This document shows positions 1 to 8,765 of a DNA stretch of 64,000 nt, one piece after another. The stretch is from a virus. Its lineage: Duplodnaviria; Caudoviricetes. The DNA lies in the IMG/VR virus record IMGVR_UViG_3300021963_000022; one strand, given 5' to 3'. How positions within the stretch are numbered: position 1 is the first letter of the stretch; every line of letters begins with the position of its first letter. The notes under the pieces were generated by a model. It made no database searches. It saw nothing but the letters and a program-made list of their open reading frames with translations, and had not been told where the DNA came from. A program made the translations under genes and the position numbers.

Positions 1-2
1 CA

Positions 3-101
3 GGTAAAAAGTACGGTAAAAAAACAGCATATTTAGATATGCCGTGGGAAATTGATGCTTTTTCTCGTCAGGAGTTGATTCTCCGTCGTGCTTTTGAATA
101 A
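3..101 (+). CDS. 3' end of a gene cut by the window edge; possible zincin-like phage protein
   Basis: Open frame GKKYGKKTAYLDMPWEIDAFSRQELILRRAFE ends at TAA 99-101. The PWEIDA motif resembles the tail of small phage zincin-like proteins (weak). Confidence 0.45.
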   Translation, partial: GKKYGKKTAYLDMPWEIDAFSRQELILRRAFE

Positions 102-128
102 TGTTGTGTAAATACAACACAACATTAT

Positions 129-157
129 TTGACAATAAATCCAACATCATATACAAT
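129..157 (+). promoter_or_regulatory. sigma70-type promoter, TTGACAATAAAT family
   Basis: TTGACA (129-134), 17 nt, TACAAT (152-157). SD TAGGAG lies before ATG 200. Confidence 0.85.
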
Positions 158-199
158 AGAGTTTCGTTAGTAAATCAGTCATTTTTATAGGAGCAACAA

Positions 200-1300
200 A
201 TGGCATCAGTATCAGACAGTCTCACTATTACTAGTGTACAATCACGCAAAGCAATTTTGCAAGCGTTTAAAACTAAACGTCCCGTTTTCTTGTGGGGTCC
301 GCCCGGAATCGGTAAATCAGAAGTTGTTGCAGAAATTGCACATGAATTAGGTGGTGCTATCATTGACTTGCGTATGGCACAAATGGAACCAACTGATATT
401 CGTGGTATCCCGTATTTTAATAAAGATAACGGTAAGATGGACTGGGCTCCCCCAGTTGATTTGCCTGACGAGGAATTTGCTAGCAAATACCCAATTGTTG
501 TATTGTTCTTAGATGAAATGAATTCGGCTCCTCCTTCTGTACAGGCAGCAGGATATCAGTTGATTCTGAACCGCCGAGTAGGTAAGTATTTCTTGCCCGA
601 TAACGTTGTTATCGTAGCGGCAGGTAATCGTGACTCTGACAAAGGTGTTACATATCGTATGCCGATGCCCCTCGCTAATCGTTTCATTCACTTGGAAATG
701 CGCCCTGACTTTACATCATGGCAACAATGGGCTGTGAACAAAGGCATTCACAAAGACGTTGTAGGTTACTTATCGTTTGCTAAACAAGATTTATATGACT
801 TTGATTCAAAGTCTAGCAGTCGTGCATTTGCTACACCCCGTTCATGGTGTTTCGTTAGTGACTTGTTGAACGATGAAGATAACATGGATAGTGATACTCA
901 GTTTAACCTAGTATCAGGTGCAGTAGGTGAGGGTCTTGCAGTTAAGTTTGCGGCACACCGTCGAATTGCAGGTAAAATGCCTGAGCCAAGCGATATCTTG
1001 TCAGGTAAGATCAAAGATTTGACTGTTAAAGAAATCTCTGCAATGTATTCGTTGACTATTGCTATGTGCTACGAATTGAAGGATGCTATTGATAACAAGA
1101 AAGTGTCCAACAAAGAGTTTCACATTATGGCAGATAACTTCTTTAATTACATGATGAGTAACTTTGAGACAGAATTGGTTGTTATGGGTGCTAAGATTGC
1201 ATTGAAAACATATAGTCTGCCAATCGAACCAAGTCAGTTGAAAAACTTTGATGATTTCCACAAGAAGTACGGCAAATACATTGTTGAAGCAGGCAACTAA
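200..1300 (+). CDS. MoxR-like AAA+ ATPase
   Basis: Walker A GPPGIGKS, Walker B LFLDEMN, AAGNR, PLANRF and ATPRSW motifs; paired with the downstream VWA protein. Confidence 0.85.
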   Translation: MASVSDSLTITSVQSRKAILQAFKTKRPVFLWGPPGIGKSEVVAEIAHELGGAIIDLRMAQMEPTDIRGIPYFNKDNGKMDWAPPVDLPDEEFASKYPIVVLFLDEMNSAPPSVQAAGYQLILNRRVGKYFLPDNVVIVAAGNRDSDKGVTYRMPMPLANRFIHLEMRPDFTSWQQWAVNKGIHKDVVGYLSFAKQDLYDFDSKSSSRAFATPRSWCFVSDLLNDEDNMDSDTQFNLVSGAVGEGLAVKFAAHRRIAGKMPEPSDILSGKIKDLTVKEISAMYSLTIAMCYELKDAIDNKKVSNKEFHIMADNFFNYMMSNFETELVVMGAKIALKTYSLPIEPSQLKNFDDFHKKYGKYIVEAGN

Positions 1301-1302
1301 AC

Positions 1303-1327
1303 AAAAGGGTGCTGGTCACCCTTTTTT
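1303..1327 (+). terminator. intrinsic terminator
   Basis: AAAAGGGTG-ctggt-CACCCTTTT followed by further T, directly after the AAA stop. Confidence 0.75.
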
Positions 1328-1343
1328 AATCTAAGGAAATAAA

Positions 1344-1493
1344 ATGAAAGCAAAAGTTTATTTTTACGCAAAAGGGGAAAGTGCCCGAGCAAAAGGTTTA
1401 AGTAGAGTTCAAGCAGAGGAAAAGTACCTTAAAGGTGCACCGGATTTTGCTAGGATTTACTTTGACAAAGGATATCGTGGATTGTCACTTTGA
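1344..1493 (+). CDS. 49-aa basic hypothetical protein (not in ORF track)
   Basis: SD TAAGGA at 1332-1337, ATG 1344, MKAKVYFYAKGESARAKGLSRVQAEEKYLKGAPDFARIYFDKGYRGLSL, TGA 1491-1493; fills the intergenic gap. Confidence 0.65.
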   Translation: MKAKVYFYAKGESARAKGLSRVQAEEKYLKGAPDFARIYFDKGYRGLSL

Positions 1494-1495
1494 GT

Positions 1496-1524
1496 TTGAC
1501 AATAAATCCAACCAGTGCTATAAT
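1496..1524 (+). promoter_or_regulatory. sigma70-type promoter, TTGACAATAAAT family
   Basis: TTGACA (1496-1501), 17 nt, TATAAT (1519-1524). The first 17 nt (TTGACAATAAATCCAAC) are identical to the promoter at 129. Confidence 0.9.
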
Positions 1525-1549
1525 ATACATATTCTAAAGGAGTATATAA

Positions 1550-2833
1550 ATGTCAGACGTAATCAGCCCTACAAAGAAAAAACGTAGCTCAAAATTTGAT
1601 AATCTTATCGGTCCATTGGATACGAAAATTGATGCACAAGCACGTGAACGTCTTGTAACAGCCCGAGTGGGTTTGCTACTACGTCATTCATTCTTTGGCA
1701 ATCTTGCTACTCGCATGAAGTTAGTTAACGCCGATTTGTGGTGTAGTACAGCGGCAACTGATGGCAGCACATTCTACTATAACAGTCGTTTCATTATGAT
1801 GTTGAAAACTAAAGAGGTAGAATTTTTGTTTGGACATGAAGTGCTACACGTTGTGTATGACCATATGGATCGTAGAGGATCACGTGATCCACAGATCTGG
1901 AACATTGCTGATGACTATGCAGTCAATGCAGATTTGAAACGGCACAAAGTGGGTCAATTCATTACTACAGTACCTTGCTTGTATGAGCAGAAGTATGACG
2001 GTAAGCCTGCAGAAGAAATCTATGATGACTTGATGAAGAATGTTCAGAAGATTGACATTAATTCATTGATTGACCAAATGATTGACGATCACATGGATGG
2101 TGATGACGGTGAAAGCGACGGTGACGGAGATCAAGAAGGTAAAGCTAAAGGCAAACGTCCTTCAATGAGTCCTGAAGAACGTGAACGTATTAGACAAGAA
2201 GTTAAACAAGCAATTATTTCTGCCGCACAAAGTGCAGAAGCAGGTACACTACCTAAAGGTGTTGAACGTCTTGTTAGACAAGCTACAAACCCAATCATGC
2301 CCTGGCGTGAACTATTGCAAGTCAATTTAACTAGTGCAATTCGTAACGATTATTCTTGGACTCGTCCTAGCCGTCGTAGCTGGCACATGGATGCTATTAT
2401 GCCCGGCATGACGCCCGGTGAAGAGATTGATGTTACTATTGCTATTGACATGTCAGGTTCTATCAGTAACACACAAGCACAACAATTCTTAGGTGAGATT
2501 GGTGGCATGATGGATTCGTTTGATGGTTACAAGGTCCATGTATTCTGTTTTGATACAGACACGTACAATCCTAAAGACTTTGACCATGAGAATATGGAAA
2601 GTATTGAAAACTACGAACCAATGGGCGGTGGTGGTACTGACTTTGATTGTATCTTTACTTACTTGAAAGAAAATGCAATTAGTCCGAAACGTTTAGTTGT
2701 ATTCACTGATGGATATCCCTATGGTAGCTGGGGAGATAAAGATTATTGTGACACTACATGGATTATTCATGGTGACCCTGATCCTAACCCCCCATTCGGT
2801 ACATGGGCAATCTACAACGATCACAAGAAGTAA
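1550..2833 (+). CDS. zincin metallopeptidase-like domain + C-terminal VWA domain (DUF2201-like)
   Basis: HEVLH (HExxH) motif, AATDG, acidic linker, MIDAS motif DMSGS, GGGGTDF and VFTDG. Confidence 0.85.
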   Translation: MSDVISPTKKKRSSKFDNLIGPLDTKIDAQARERLVTARVGLLLRHSFFGNLATRMKLVNADLWCSTAATDGSTFYYNSRFIMMLKTKEVEFLFGHEVLHVVYDHMDRRGSRDPQIWNIADDYAVNADLKRHKVGQFITTVPCLYEQKYDGKPAEEIYDDLMKNVQKIDINSLIDQMIDDHMDGDDGESDGDGDQEGKAKGKRPSMSPEERERIRQEVKQAIISAAQSAEAGTLPKGVERLVRQATNPIMPWRELLQVNLTSAIRNDYSWTRPSRRSWHMDAIMPGMTPGEEIDVTIAIDMSGSISNTQAQQFLGEIGGMMDSFDGYKVHVFCFDTDTYNPKDFDHENMESIENYEPMGGGGTDFDCIFTYLKENAISPKRLVVFTDGYPYGSWGDKDYCDTTWIIHGDPDPNPPFGTWAIYNDHKK

Positions 2834-2842
2834 GAAGAAATT

Positions 2843-2965
2843 ATGGATTTGATTTTACAAATTGTAGGCTATGCATTTATATTTGGTATACTTGCTGGAG
2901 TGTTCTATGTTTTTATTAGATTACTATCAGCAGGGCTTGAGGCATTGAGTAAAAACAATGACTAA
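2843..2965 (+). CDS. 40-aa single-pass membrane peptide (not in ORF track)
   Basis: MDLILQIVGYAFIFGILAGVFYVFIRLLSAGLEALSKNND: long hydrophobic run; overlaps the next start. Confidence 0.55.
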   Translation: MDLILQIVGYAFIFGILAGVFYVFIRLLSAGLEALSKNND

Positions 2966-3323
2966 GAAAAAGACTAAGCATTATCTTGCAATGTGGGATG
3001 TACAAGGTCTTGAAAGTCTGCATGATGTTGACTTGCACATGAAAAAATACAATGAATGGGAAAAACAAAAAGTTGTTGCTATTCTAAAAGAAGAACGAAT
3101 TCCTAGTCAACCATCAGGTATCCCATTGCAAATGATGCTACTACGTGCAAAGGTAAACAGTCAACGTGCGTATGAGATTTATGAATTCAATAGCACAATG
3201 GCTTATGATGATCTCAAAGAAGCATTTGAAATTGATCCACAACCCATTGTAGAATGGATTAGAAGTAACGGTAAAAAAGTTTATAGTGATTATGTTAAAC
3301 AAGATAGGAAGACGATTGTATGA
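2958..3323 (+). CDS. hypothetical protein
   Basis: 121-aa ORF in a tightly packed operon; no motif recognised. Confidence 0.7.
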   Translation: MTKKKTKHYLAMWDVQGLESLHDVDLHMKKYNEWEKQKVVAILKEERIPSQPSGIPLQMMLLRAKVNSQRAYEIYEFNSTMAYDDLKEAFEIDPQPIVEWIRSNGKKVYSDYVKQDRKTIV

Positions 3324-3751
3324 TGTATATTGGTACAAGCCTCGGTGGATGCTTACTTAGTCTTATGAATAATGAAGTGTCCGAGGATGAGGTTATGTTC
3401 ATCGTAACACGTACGTTGTGTCCTACATATGATACTTTTATGCAAGTAGTAGAACAATATTACGCAGAGGGTAATCCTCATTCCCGTAATCCTGCACAAT
3501 ATGGTTTAGGTGATTATGATTTGAACGAAGTAAAAAATCTAGCTACTAGATTATACTACTCAGGTAGAATACATCAACCTAGAGTATTTGATGATGTTGG
3601 ACGCAGAGCCGGACATTATTACCCGTATAATCATCCAGCAAGGCTAGGTCAAGGATTATGGATGCAAGTTGTTCCAACTAATGATAACTCAACACCCTCA
3701 GTAATTGAAGCATATGAAAAATATAAAATGTTGGACGCATTAACTAAATGA
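3320..3751 (+). CDS. hypothetical protein
   Basis: 143-aa ORF with ATGA overlaps on both sides. Confidence 0.7.
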   Translation: MMYIGTSLGGCLLSLMNNEVSEDEVMFIVTRTLCPTYDTFMQVVEQYYAEGNPHSRNPAQYGLGDYDLNEVKNLATRLYYSGRIHQPRVFDDVGRRAGHYYPYNHPARLGQGLWMQVVPTNDNSTPSVIEAYEKYKMLDALTK

Positions 3752-4023
3752 GAGAGTTTAATCCTTTGCTTTGGTACGGGACTAGAAAGCTAGAAATAGT
3801 CCCTAAACATTTTGTGAAGGGTAATACCTTATTGACTGGTGAATCTAAACAGTGGATTGAAGATAAATTGATTGGTAGATATTCTACGACAATTGCTACA
3901 ACTCTTGTGCCGCATGATATTTTAACAATAGTCACTCATTCAGTTTCAGAAGTAGTGTACTTTGAAGATCCTAAAGAACTTACTTTATACGAGTTATATT
4001 GGGCAGGTAGAAATAATTTTTAG
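3748..4023 (+). CDS. small hypothetical protein with C-terminal F/Y-x-L-x-W motif
   Basis: Ends YFEDPKELTLYELYW, resembling the cluster at 26743-27632. Confidence 0.7.
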   Translation: MREFNPLLWYGTRKLEIVPKHFVKGNTLLTGESKQWIEDKLIGRYSTTIATTLVPHDILTIVTHSVSEVVYFEDPKELTLYELYWAGRNNF

Positions 4024-4076
4024 ACATATTAAAAAACAGTTAAATAATCTAGCTAGAATAGCACAAGGAGATTAAT

Positions 4077-4757
4077 ATGAGTTTTTTAAGGCATGTCGGT
4101 AAAATGGGTGATCGTAAAGTTGCTATTGTGTTTAGACAACTACCCAACGAAGAACATATGTGTTTAGTTACCTTTACGGAAACACTCAACATGCATGTAC
4201 ATGATCCTATGATGAAATGTATTGAAAGCGATATCGGACAAAATAGTTCGAATTTAGCTGATGCATTGAACCGTTCCTATACCAAAGACGGCAAAATCAT
4301 TTTGCAAGTTTTGCATAGTGAAGGATTATTAAAGAAGGTTCAAACATCACAAATTACAGTGACTCCTTCTTCTAACACTAGAATTCGTTTAGATGAACTA
4401 AACAAGATTCTGACAGAAATGGAACAGGGCGAACAAGCAGTTAAACGTTTAGCTGAAATTGATGCAAGTCGTGGAATTCAAGATCCAAATGATTTAGCAC
4501 GTAGAATGCGGAACAATAAAGCACCAGTCCCATCAGCACCTGATATTTTGGGTGATTCTACATTGGCTCAACAACGTTTGCAACAAGCACAACGAATGGA
4601 AGTTGAAGCTAAAGGTTTGCTAGCAGAAGCTAAAAGATTAACAGAAGAAGCAACAGCTATGGATCCTAGCCTTGCACCTGCAATGCCTAGTCTAAGTACT
4701 GAAGCTCCGGCAAAGAAACGAGGTCGTCCTGCAAAGGCAAAAGTTTTAACTCAGTAA
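4077..4757 (+). CDS. hypothetical protein with coiled coil and C-terminal AT-hook-like motif
   Basis: SD AAGGAG, upstream TAAATA (4041-4046), C-terminal KKRGRPAKAK. Confidence 0.75.
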   Translation: MSFLRHVGKMGDRKVAIVFRQLPNEEHMCLVTFTETLNMHVHDPMMKCIESDIGQNSSNLADALNRSYTKDGKIILQVLHSEGLLKKVQTSQITVTPSSNTRIRLDELNKILTEMEQGEQAVKRLAEIDASRGIQDPNDLARRMRNNKAPVPSAPDILGDSTLAQQRLQQAQRMEVEAKGLLAEAKRLTEEATAMDPSLAPAMPSLSTEAPAKKRGRPAKAKVLTQ

Positions 4758-4758
4758 T

Positions 4759-5055
4759 ATGACACCTGAATACATTAGGAAATGGGAAAACATCTTAGAA
4801 GATGTTGAAAAAAGTAAGGTGCCAATCCAGTTCTTAAAGAAAATAGTTGTAAGACTAACTGGCAAAAAACAACACACTATTAATATTCAAACCCTATTGA
4901 AACAGGGGCTTGAACCAGATGAAATAGAAGGTATTGTTTCACGTAAGTTATATGAGCTGGACCCACTAATCACAAGTTTTGAATTTGTGTTAAATGTAGA
5001 AACAATTGCAGAGACAGTACAACCAGAAACAGATAGATTATTAAGTAAACTATGA
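4759..5055 (+). CDS. hypothetical protein
   Basis: 98-aa ORF starting 1 nt after the previous stop. Confidence 0.7.
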   Translation: MTPEYIRKWENILEDVEKSKVPIQFLKKIVVRLTGKKQHTINIQTLLKQGLEPDEIEGIVSRKLYELDPLITSFEFVLNVETIAETVQPETDRLLSKL

Positions 5056-5061
5056 AACTAA

Positions 5062-5088
5062 CAAATTGCCCTGAATCAGGGCAATTTG
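5062..5088. repeat. perfect 13-bp inverted repeat with 1-nt spacer
   Basis: CAAATTGCCCTGA-A-TCAGGGCAATTTG, intergenic, about 10 bp upstream of the thyA -35 box. Confidence 0.85.
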
Positions 5089-5097
5089 CCATATTGT

Positions 5098-5126
5098 TTG
5101 ATTTACTAATCAAAAACTGATACACT
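5098..5126 (+). promoter_or_regulatory. sigma70-type promoter of thyA (probably leaderless)
   Basis: TTGATT, 17 nt, TG-n-TACACT; ATG follows 6 nt after the -10 box with no SD. Confidence 0.6.
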
Positions 5127-5132
5127 CATAAC

Positions 5133-6032
5133 ATGAAACAATATTTAAATTTACTACAAGATATATTAGATAACGGTGAACAAAAGGGTGATAGAACCGG
5201 CATCGGCACTATTAGCGTCTTTGGTCGTTCATTACGTTTTGATTTACGTAAAGGTTTTCCTGCAGTCACTACTAAGAAATTAGCATGGAAAGCTTGTTGC
5301 GGAGAACTATTATGGTTTATTGAAGGCAGTGGAGATGAACGTAGGCTAGCGGAAATCACACACGGTGATAAAGAAGATACTGTTACTATCTGGACACCTA
5401 ACGCACTTGCACCCTATTGGAAAAACAAAGCAAAGTTCGAAGGCGATCTCGGCCGTATATACGGAGTACAATGGCGTCATTGGAACAAATATCGTACAGA
5501 AAAAGATATGGGACCTGCACATAAAGGTGGCACACGCCTTGCTGTAGATAAAATGGAAGTTGACCAACTAACAACTCTTATCGAAGGATTAAAGAATGAT
5601 CCTAACAGTCGCAGACATATTCTAAGTGCATGGAATGTAGGCGAATTAGATGAGATGGCTTTACCACCATGTCATGTTATGAGTCAATTCCACGTTAACA
5701 GTAGCGGTGAACTAAGCTGTCAAATGTATCAGAGAAGCGTAGATGTATTTTTAGGTCTACCCTTTAACATTGCTAGCTATGCATTGCTTACTCATATGAT
5801 TGCACAAGTATGTGGCTTAACAGTGGGTGACTTGATTATCACTATGGGTGATACTCATATCTATAACAATCACATTGAACAAGTTAAAGAACAATTATTG
5901 CGTAGACCGTTTGGTCACCCAGCATTGATCTTGAATCCGGAAGTAACTGACATTACTAAATTTACAATGAATGATATTCACTTAGAAGGATACGAAAGTC
6001 ATGGCCCTATCAAAGCAACAATGGCAGTCTGA
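5133..6032 (+). CDS. thyA: thymidylate synthase
   Basis: DRTGIGT, YGVQWR, RRHILSAWN, MALPPCH, YQRSVDVFLGLPFNIASY and GDTHIY motifs; uninterrupted. Confidence 0.97.
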   Translation: MKQYLNLLQDILDNGEQKGDRTGIGTISVFGRSLRFDLRKGFPAVTTKKLAWKACCGELLWFIEGSGDERRLAEITHGDKEDTVTIWTPNALAPYWKNKAKFEGDLGRIYGVQWRHWNKYRTEKDMGPAHKGGTRLAVDKMEVDQLTTLIEGLKNDPNSRRHILSAWNVGELDEMALPPCHVMSQFHVNSSGELSCQMYQRSVDVFLGLPFNIASYALLTHMIAQVCGLTVGDLIITMGDTHIYNNHIEQVKEQLLRRPFGHPALILNPEVTDITKFTMNDIHLEGYESHGPIKATMAV

Positions 6033-6330
6033 CGAATTTACTAGACCCAAGTATCAGCTACATTTATCTGATACAGGTGAAGAAACTGTGAGTATTGAAA
6101 CAGTAGTACATACCATTCGAATGGGTGACGTTGAAGATCCTGACTTGTTTGTAGCACAACCTATATATGACTGGCAACAAACAGAAGCCGGTAAATGGGT
6201 AATGAAAAACTCCAACCCTACACCAAGCTGGCATCGTCAAGTAGATTATACTACTTATGGACAACTATATCTGATTAAAGCATATCTAACACCTGACCAA
6301 TTAACTTATTGGAAATTAAAATATGAGTAA
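6001..6330 (+). CDS. hypothetical protein (distant member of the F/W-x-L-x-W/Y family); alternative GTG start at 6088
   Basis: MGDVEDPDL..DWQQTEAGKWVM..LTYWKLKYE. SD-like CAGGTG lies 7-8 nt before GTG 6088. Confidence 0.7.
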   Translation: MALSKQQWQSDEFTRPKYQLHLSDTGEETVSIETVVHTIRMGDVEDPDLFVAQPIYDWQQTEAGKWVMKNSNPTPSWHRQVDYTTYGQLYLIKAYLTPDQLTYWKLKYE

Positions 6331-7285
6331 TATATTAGTAACAGGTGGTCTGGGACTCATAGGACATAATGTAGTTAAACGTTTACAAGACATGGGTCAT
6401 CAAGTATCTATTATGGATACTCAGACAAACTACGGTATTATCCCTCAGTCTGAAATTGATTACTTGATCGGGGAACGTATTGCAGAACTTGACTTGAGTG
6501 GATATTACAAGAGTAATATTTGTGATAGTGAAACAGTTGGTCAAGTTTTCAACATCAAAAAGCCAGAGATCGTAATTCATATGGCTAGTTTCCCAAGACA
6601 GAAAGTGGTTAATGCTAATCCTGCACTGGGTAGTAGAACAATGAGTGAAGGGTTACTCAACTTATTAGAAGCTAGTGCAAAATATGAAGTATGTAAATTT
6701 ATTTACATCAGTAGTTCAATGGTGTACGGTGACTTCAATAATAATGTTACAGAAGATTATAATTGTAAGCCACAGGGTCAATATGGTATTATGAAACTAG
6801 CAGGTGAGTGGTTAGTTAAAGATTACGCACGTAAAGGTAATATGGTTTACACAATTATTCGTCCTAGTGCCGTATACGGTCCGTTAGACGTAGAAGATAG
6901 GGTTGTTGCTAAGTTTATGCTTACAGCAATGCGAGGAGGAACGTTGAATGTTAATGGTGCGAGTGAGACATTAGACTTCACGTATGTTGATGATGCGGCA
7001 GACGGTATCGTTGCGGCAGCATTAAGTAAGAATACAAATAATAAGACTTATAATATAACAAAAAGTCATAGCTACAGTTTGCTAGATGCGGCAAATCTAG
7101 CAGTTAGTATTGCTGGGTCAGGGACGGTAAATGTCCGTGATAAAGACCCGGACTTCCCTAGTAGGGGAGCATTGAATATTGATGCCGCAAGAAAAGACTT
7201 TGGATTCGACCCCAAAGTTGACGTAGAAGAAGGTTTCCGTAATTATCACAAATGGTTATCTAATTCTACATATTTTAATAAATAA
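6323..7285 (+). CDS. NAD-dependent epimerase/dehydratase (NDP-sugar, extended SDR)
   Basis: ILVTGGLGLIG Rossmann motif, SSSMVYG, catalytic YGIMK (YxxxK), RPSAVYGP and LDFTYVDD. Confidence 0.93.
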   Translation: MSNILVTGGLGLIGHNVVKRLQDMGHQVSIMDTQTNYGIIPQSEIDYLIGERIAELDLSGYYKSNICDSETVGQVFNIKKPEIVIHMASFPRQKVVNANPALGSRTMSEGLLNLLEASAKYEVCKFIYISSSMVYGDFNNNVTEDYNCKPQGQYGIMKLAGEWLVKDYARKGNMVYTIIRPSAVYGPLDVEDRVVAKFMLTAMRGGTLNVNGASETLDFTYVDDAADGIVAAALSKNTNNKTYNITKSHSYSLLDAANLAVSIAGSGTVNVRDKDPDFPSRGALNIDAARKDFGFDPKVDVEEGFRNYHKWLSNSTYFNK

Positions 7286-7289
7286 CATT

Positions 7290-7760
7290 ATGTGGATAAT
7301 ATCTATTTTACCCGAATGGGCTTTTCATCTAATTCTCACAGTGGGAATTATAGGCACGGTTGCTGGATTTGCTTTGGGCATGATTCCTGCAATCAAACAA
7401 TATAAAATACCAATTCAAGTCATTAGTTTACTTGTACTTTCTTTGGGATTATATCTAGAGGGCGGATTAGCTGACTATAAAGAATGGGAAGCTAGAGTCA
7501 AAGAGATGGAAGCCAAAGTAGCCGTAGCTGAAGAAAAAGCTAAAACTGTGAATGTGGAAGTACAAGAAAAGATTGTTACGCAGACTAAAGTTATTAGAGA
7601 AAAAGGTAAAGACATAATCAAGTACATTGATAAAGAAGTTGTAAAAACTGAAGAAGTTATCAAGTATGTTGAGAATTGTCCTGTACCTAAAGCAATCATT
7701 GATATACACAATGACGCCGCAATACTAAACAAAGCCGCTGAACCAAAGGACAAGAAATGA
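7290..7760 (+). CDS. inner-membrane spanin (Rz-like)
   Basis: N-terminal TM segments, coiled coil, C-terminal CPVP..IHNDAA; followed by a lipoprotein gene. Confidence 0.7.
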   Translation: MWIISILPEWAFHLILTVGIIGTVAGFALGMIPAIKQYKIPIQVISLLVLSLGLYLEGGLADYKEWEARVKEMEAKVAVAEEKAKTVNVEVQEKIVTQTKVIREKGKDIIKYIDKEVVKTEEVIKYVENCPVPKAIIDIHNDAAILNKAAEPKDKK

Positions 7761-8023
7761 AAGCATTGATTATATCATTAGCAATTGTTCTTGCAGGATG
7801 CAGTACCACTGTACCTGTTGCTAGAAAGTTTCCTGAAGCACCTCAAGTTCTTAAAGAAAAGTGCGAAAGACTTAAACTCATAGAGGGTGACAAAGTAGCA
7901 ATTACAGAAATGTTAAAAGTTATCGTACACAACTATTCGTTATACCACGAATGTTCTACAAAAGTAGAAGGTTGGCAAGAGTGGTATGAAACACAAAAGA
8001 AAATCTTCAACGAAGTCAAATGA
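7757..8023 (+). CDS. outer-membrane spanin lipoprotein (Rz1-like)
   Basis: Signal peptide with lipobox LAGC, Pro-rich PVARKFPEAP, Cys residues. Confidence 0.75.
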   Translation: MKALIISLAIVLAGCSTTVPVARKFPEAPQVLKEKCERLKLIEGDKVAITEMLKVIVHNYSLYHECSTKVEGWQEWYETQKKIFNEVK

Positions 8024-8277
8024 AATATACCATACTACTCGTATCTTTAATGATTTCGGGATGTGCTAGTAAGGATTATTCTGTGTATGTAGAAGCACAG
8101 AAAGCTATATCCAGAGACATTACTGTCACCGAAACTACTCGTATGCTAGCCATATCGGAGATGTTAAAAAGTCCCGATCCTAGTGTTAGACAGAACGGGA
8201 CTTTATTACTACAACAGTTACAGCAATCTAGACAACCTGTTGTAATTGAATTACCTAAGAATATATTTGGATTTTAA
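8020..8277 (+). CDS. second predicted lipoprotein
   Basis: MKYTILLVSLMISGC lipobox-like signal peptide. Confidence 0.7.
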   Translation: MKYTILLVSLMISGCASKDYSVYVEAQKAISRDITVTETTRMLAISEMLKSPDPSVRQNGTLLLQQLQQSRQPVVIELPKNIFGF

Positions 8278-8714
8278 TTACACCAAGAAGTCTTAGCTTC
8301 TCCGTAGTACTCACGTGCAAAACCCTGCTGGATAAGCATTCCTCTAAGACTTTTGCCGTCTAAAATAACATCACCCAAAACACGTCCGCCGTACTTATCC
8401 CAGTCTATTAGTATAATTTGCTTCTTTTGTGCATTAGCAATTTGTTGTTTTGTGAATGCACTAGCAGCCTCTCCGCGCTGTGCTTCACTTGGACATTGTG
8501 CTCTATGACCCTTCTCAGGAGTATCAACACCAAATACACGAATACTTAGTTCGGGTTTTAACGGCGCCGGCAAGAACGGTGCTTGAAATGCAATTGTGTC
8601 TCCATCGATAACTCTAGTAATCAATGCATCATATGTCACCCCTGCTTTTTGTTTTTGAGCAAACGCAGTAGTTGTCAAAGTGGATAATAGTAGTATAGAT
8701 ATAAGTTTTTTCAT
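8274..8714 (-). CDS. secreted thermonuclease (staphylococcal nuclease family)
   Basis: Signal peptide MKKLISILLLSTLTTTAFA, then VIDGDT, IRVFGVDTPE and DKYGGRVLG motifs. Confidence 0.88.
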   Translation of the reverse strand: MKKLISILLLSTLTTTAFAQKQKAGVTYDALITRVIDGDTIAFQAPFLPAPLKPELSIRVFGVDTPEKGHRAQCPSEAQRGEAASAFTKQQIANAQKKQIILIDWDKYGGRVLGDVILDGKSLRGMLIQQGFAREYYGEAKTSWCN

Positions 8715-8721
8715 AGTGAAG

Positions 8722-8744
8722 TATTTATTAATTTGTCATAAATA
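8722..8744. promoter_or_regulatory. back-to-back T4-like late promoters (ATAAATA)
   Basis: TATTTAT 8722-8728 (minus strand, nuclease gene) and ATAAATA 8738-8744 (plus strand, baseplate-like gene). Confidence 0.65.
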
Positions 8745-8765
8745 CTCTATAAGTGGAATAGAAAC

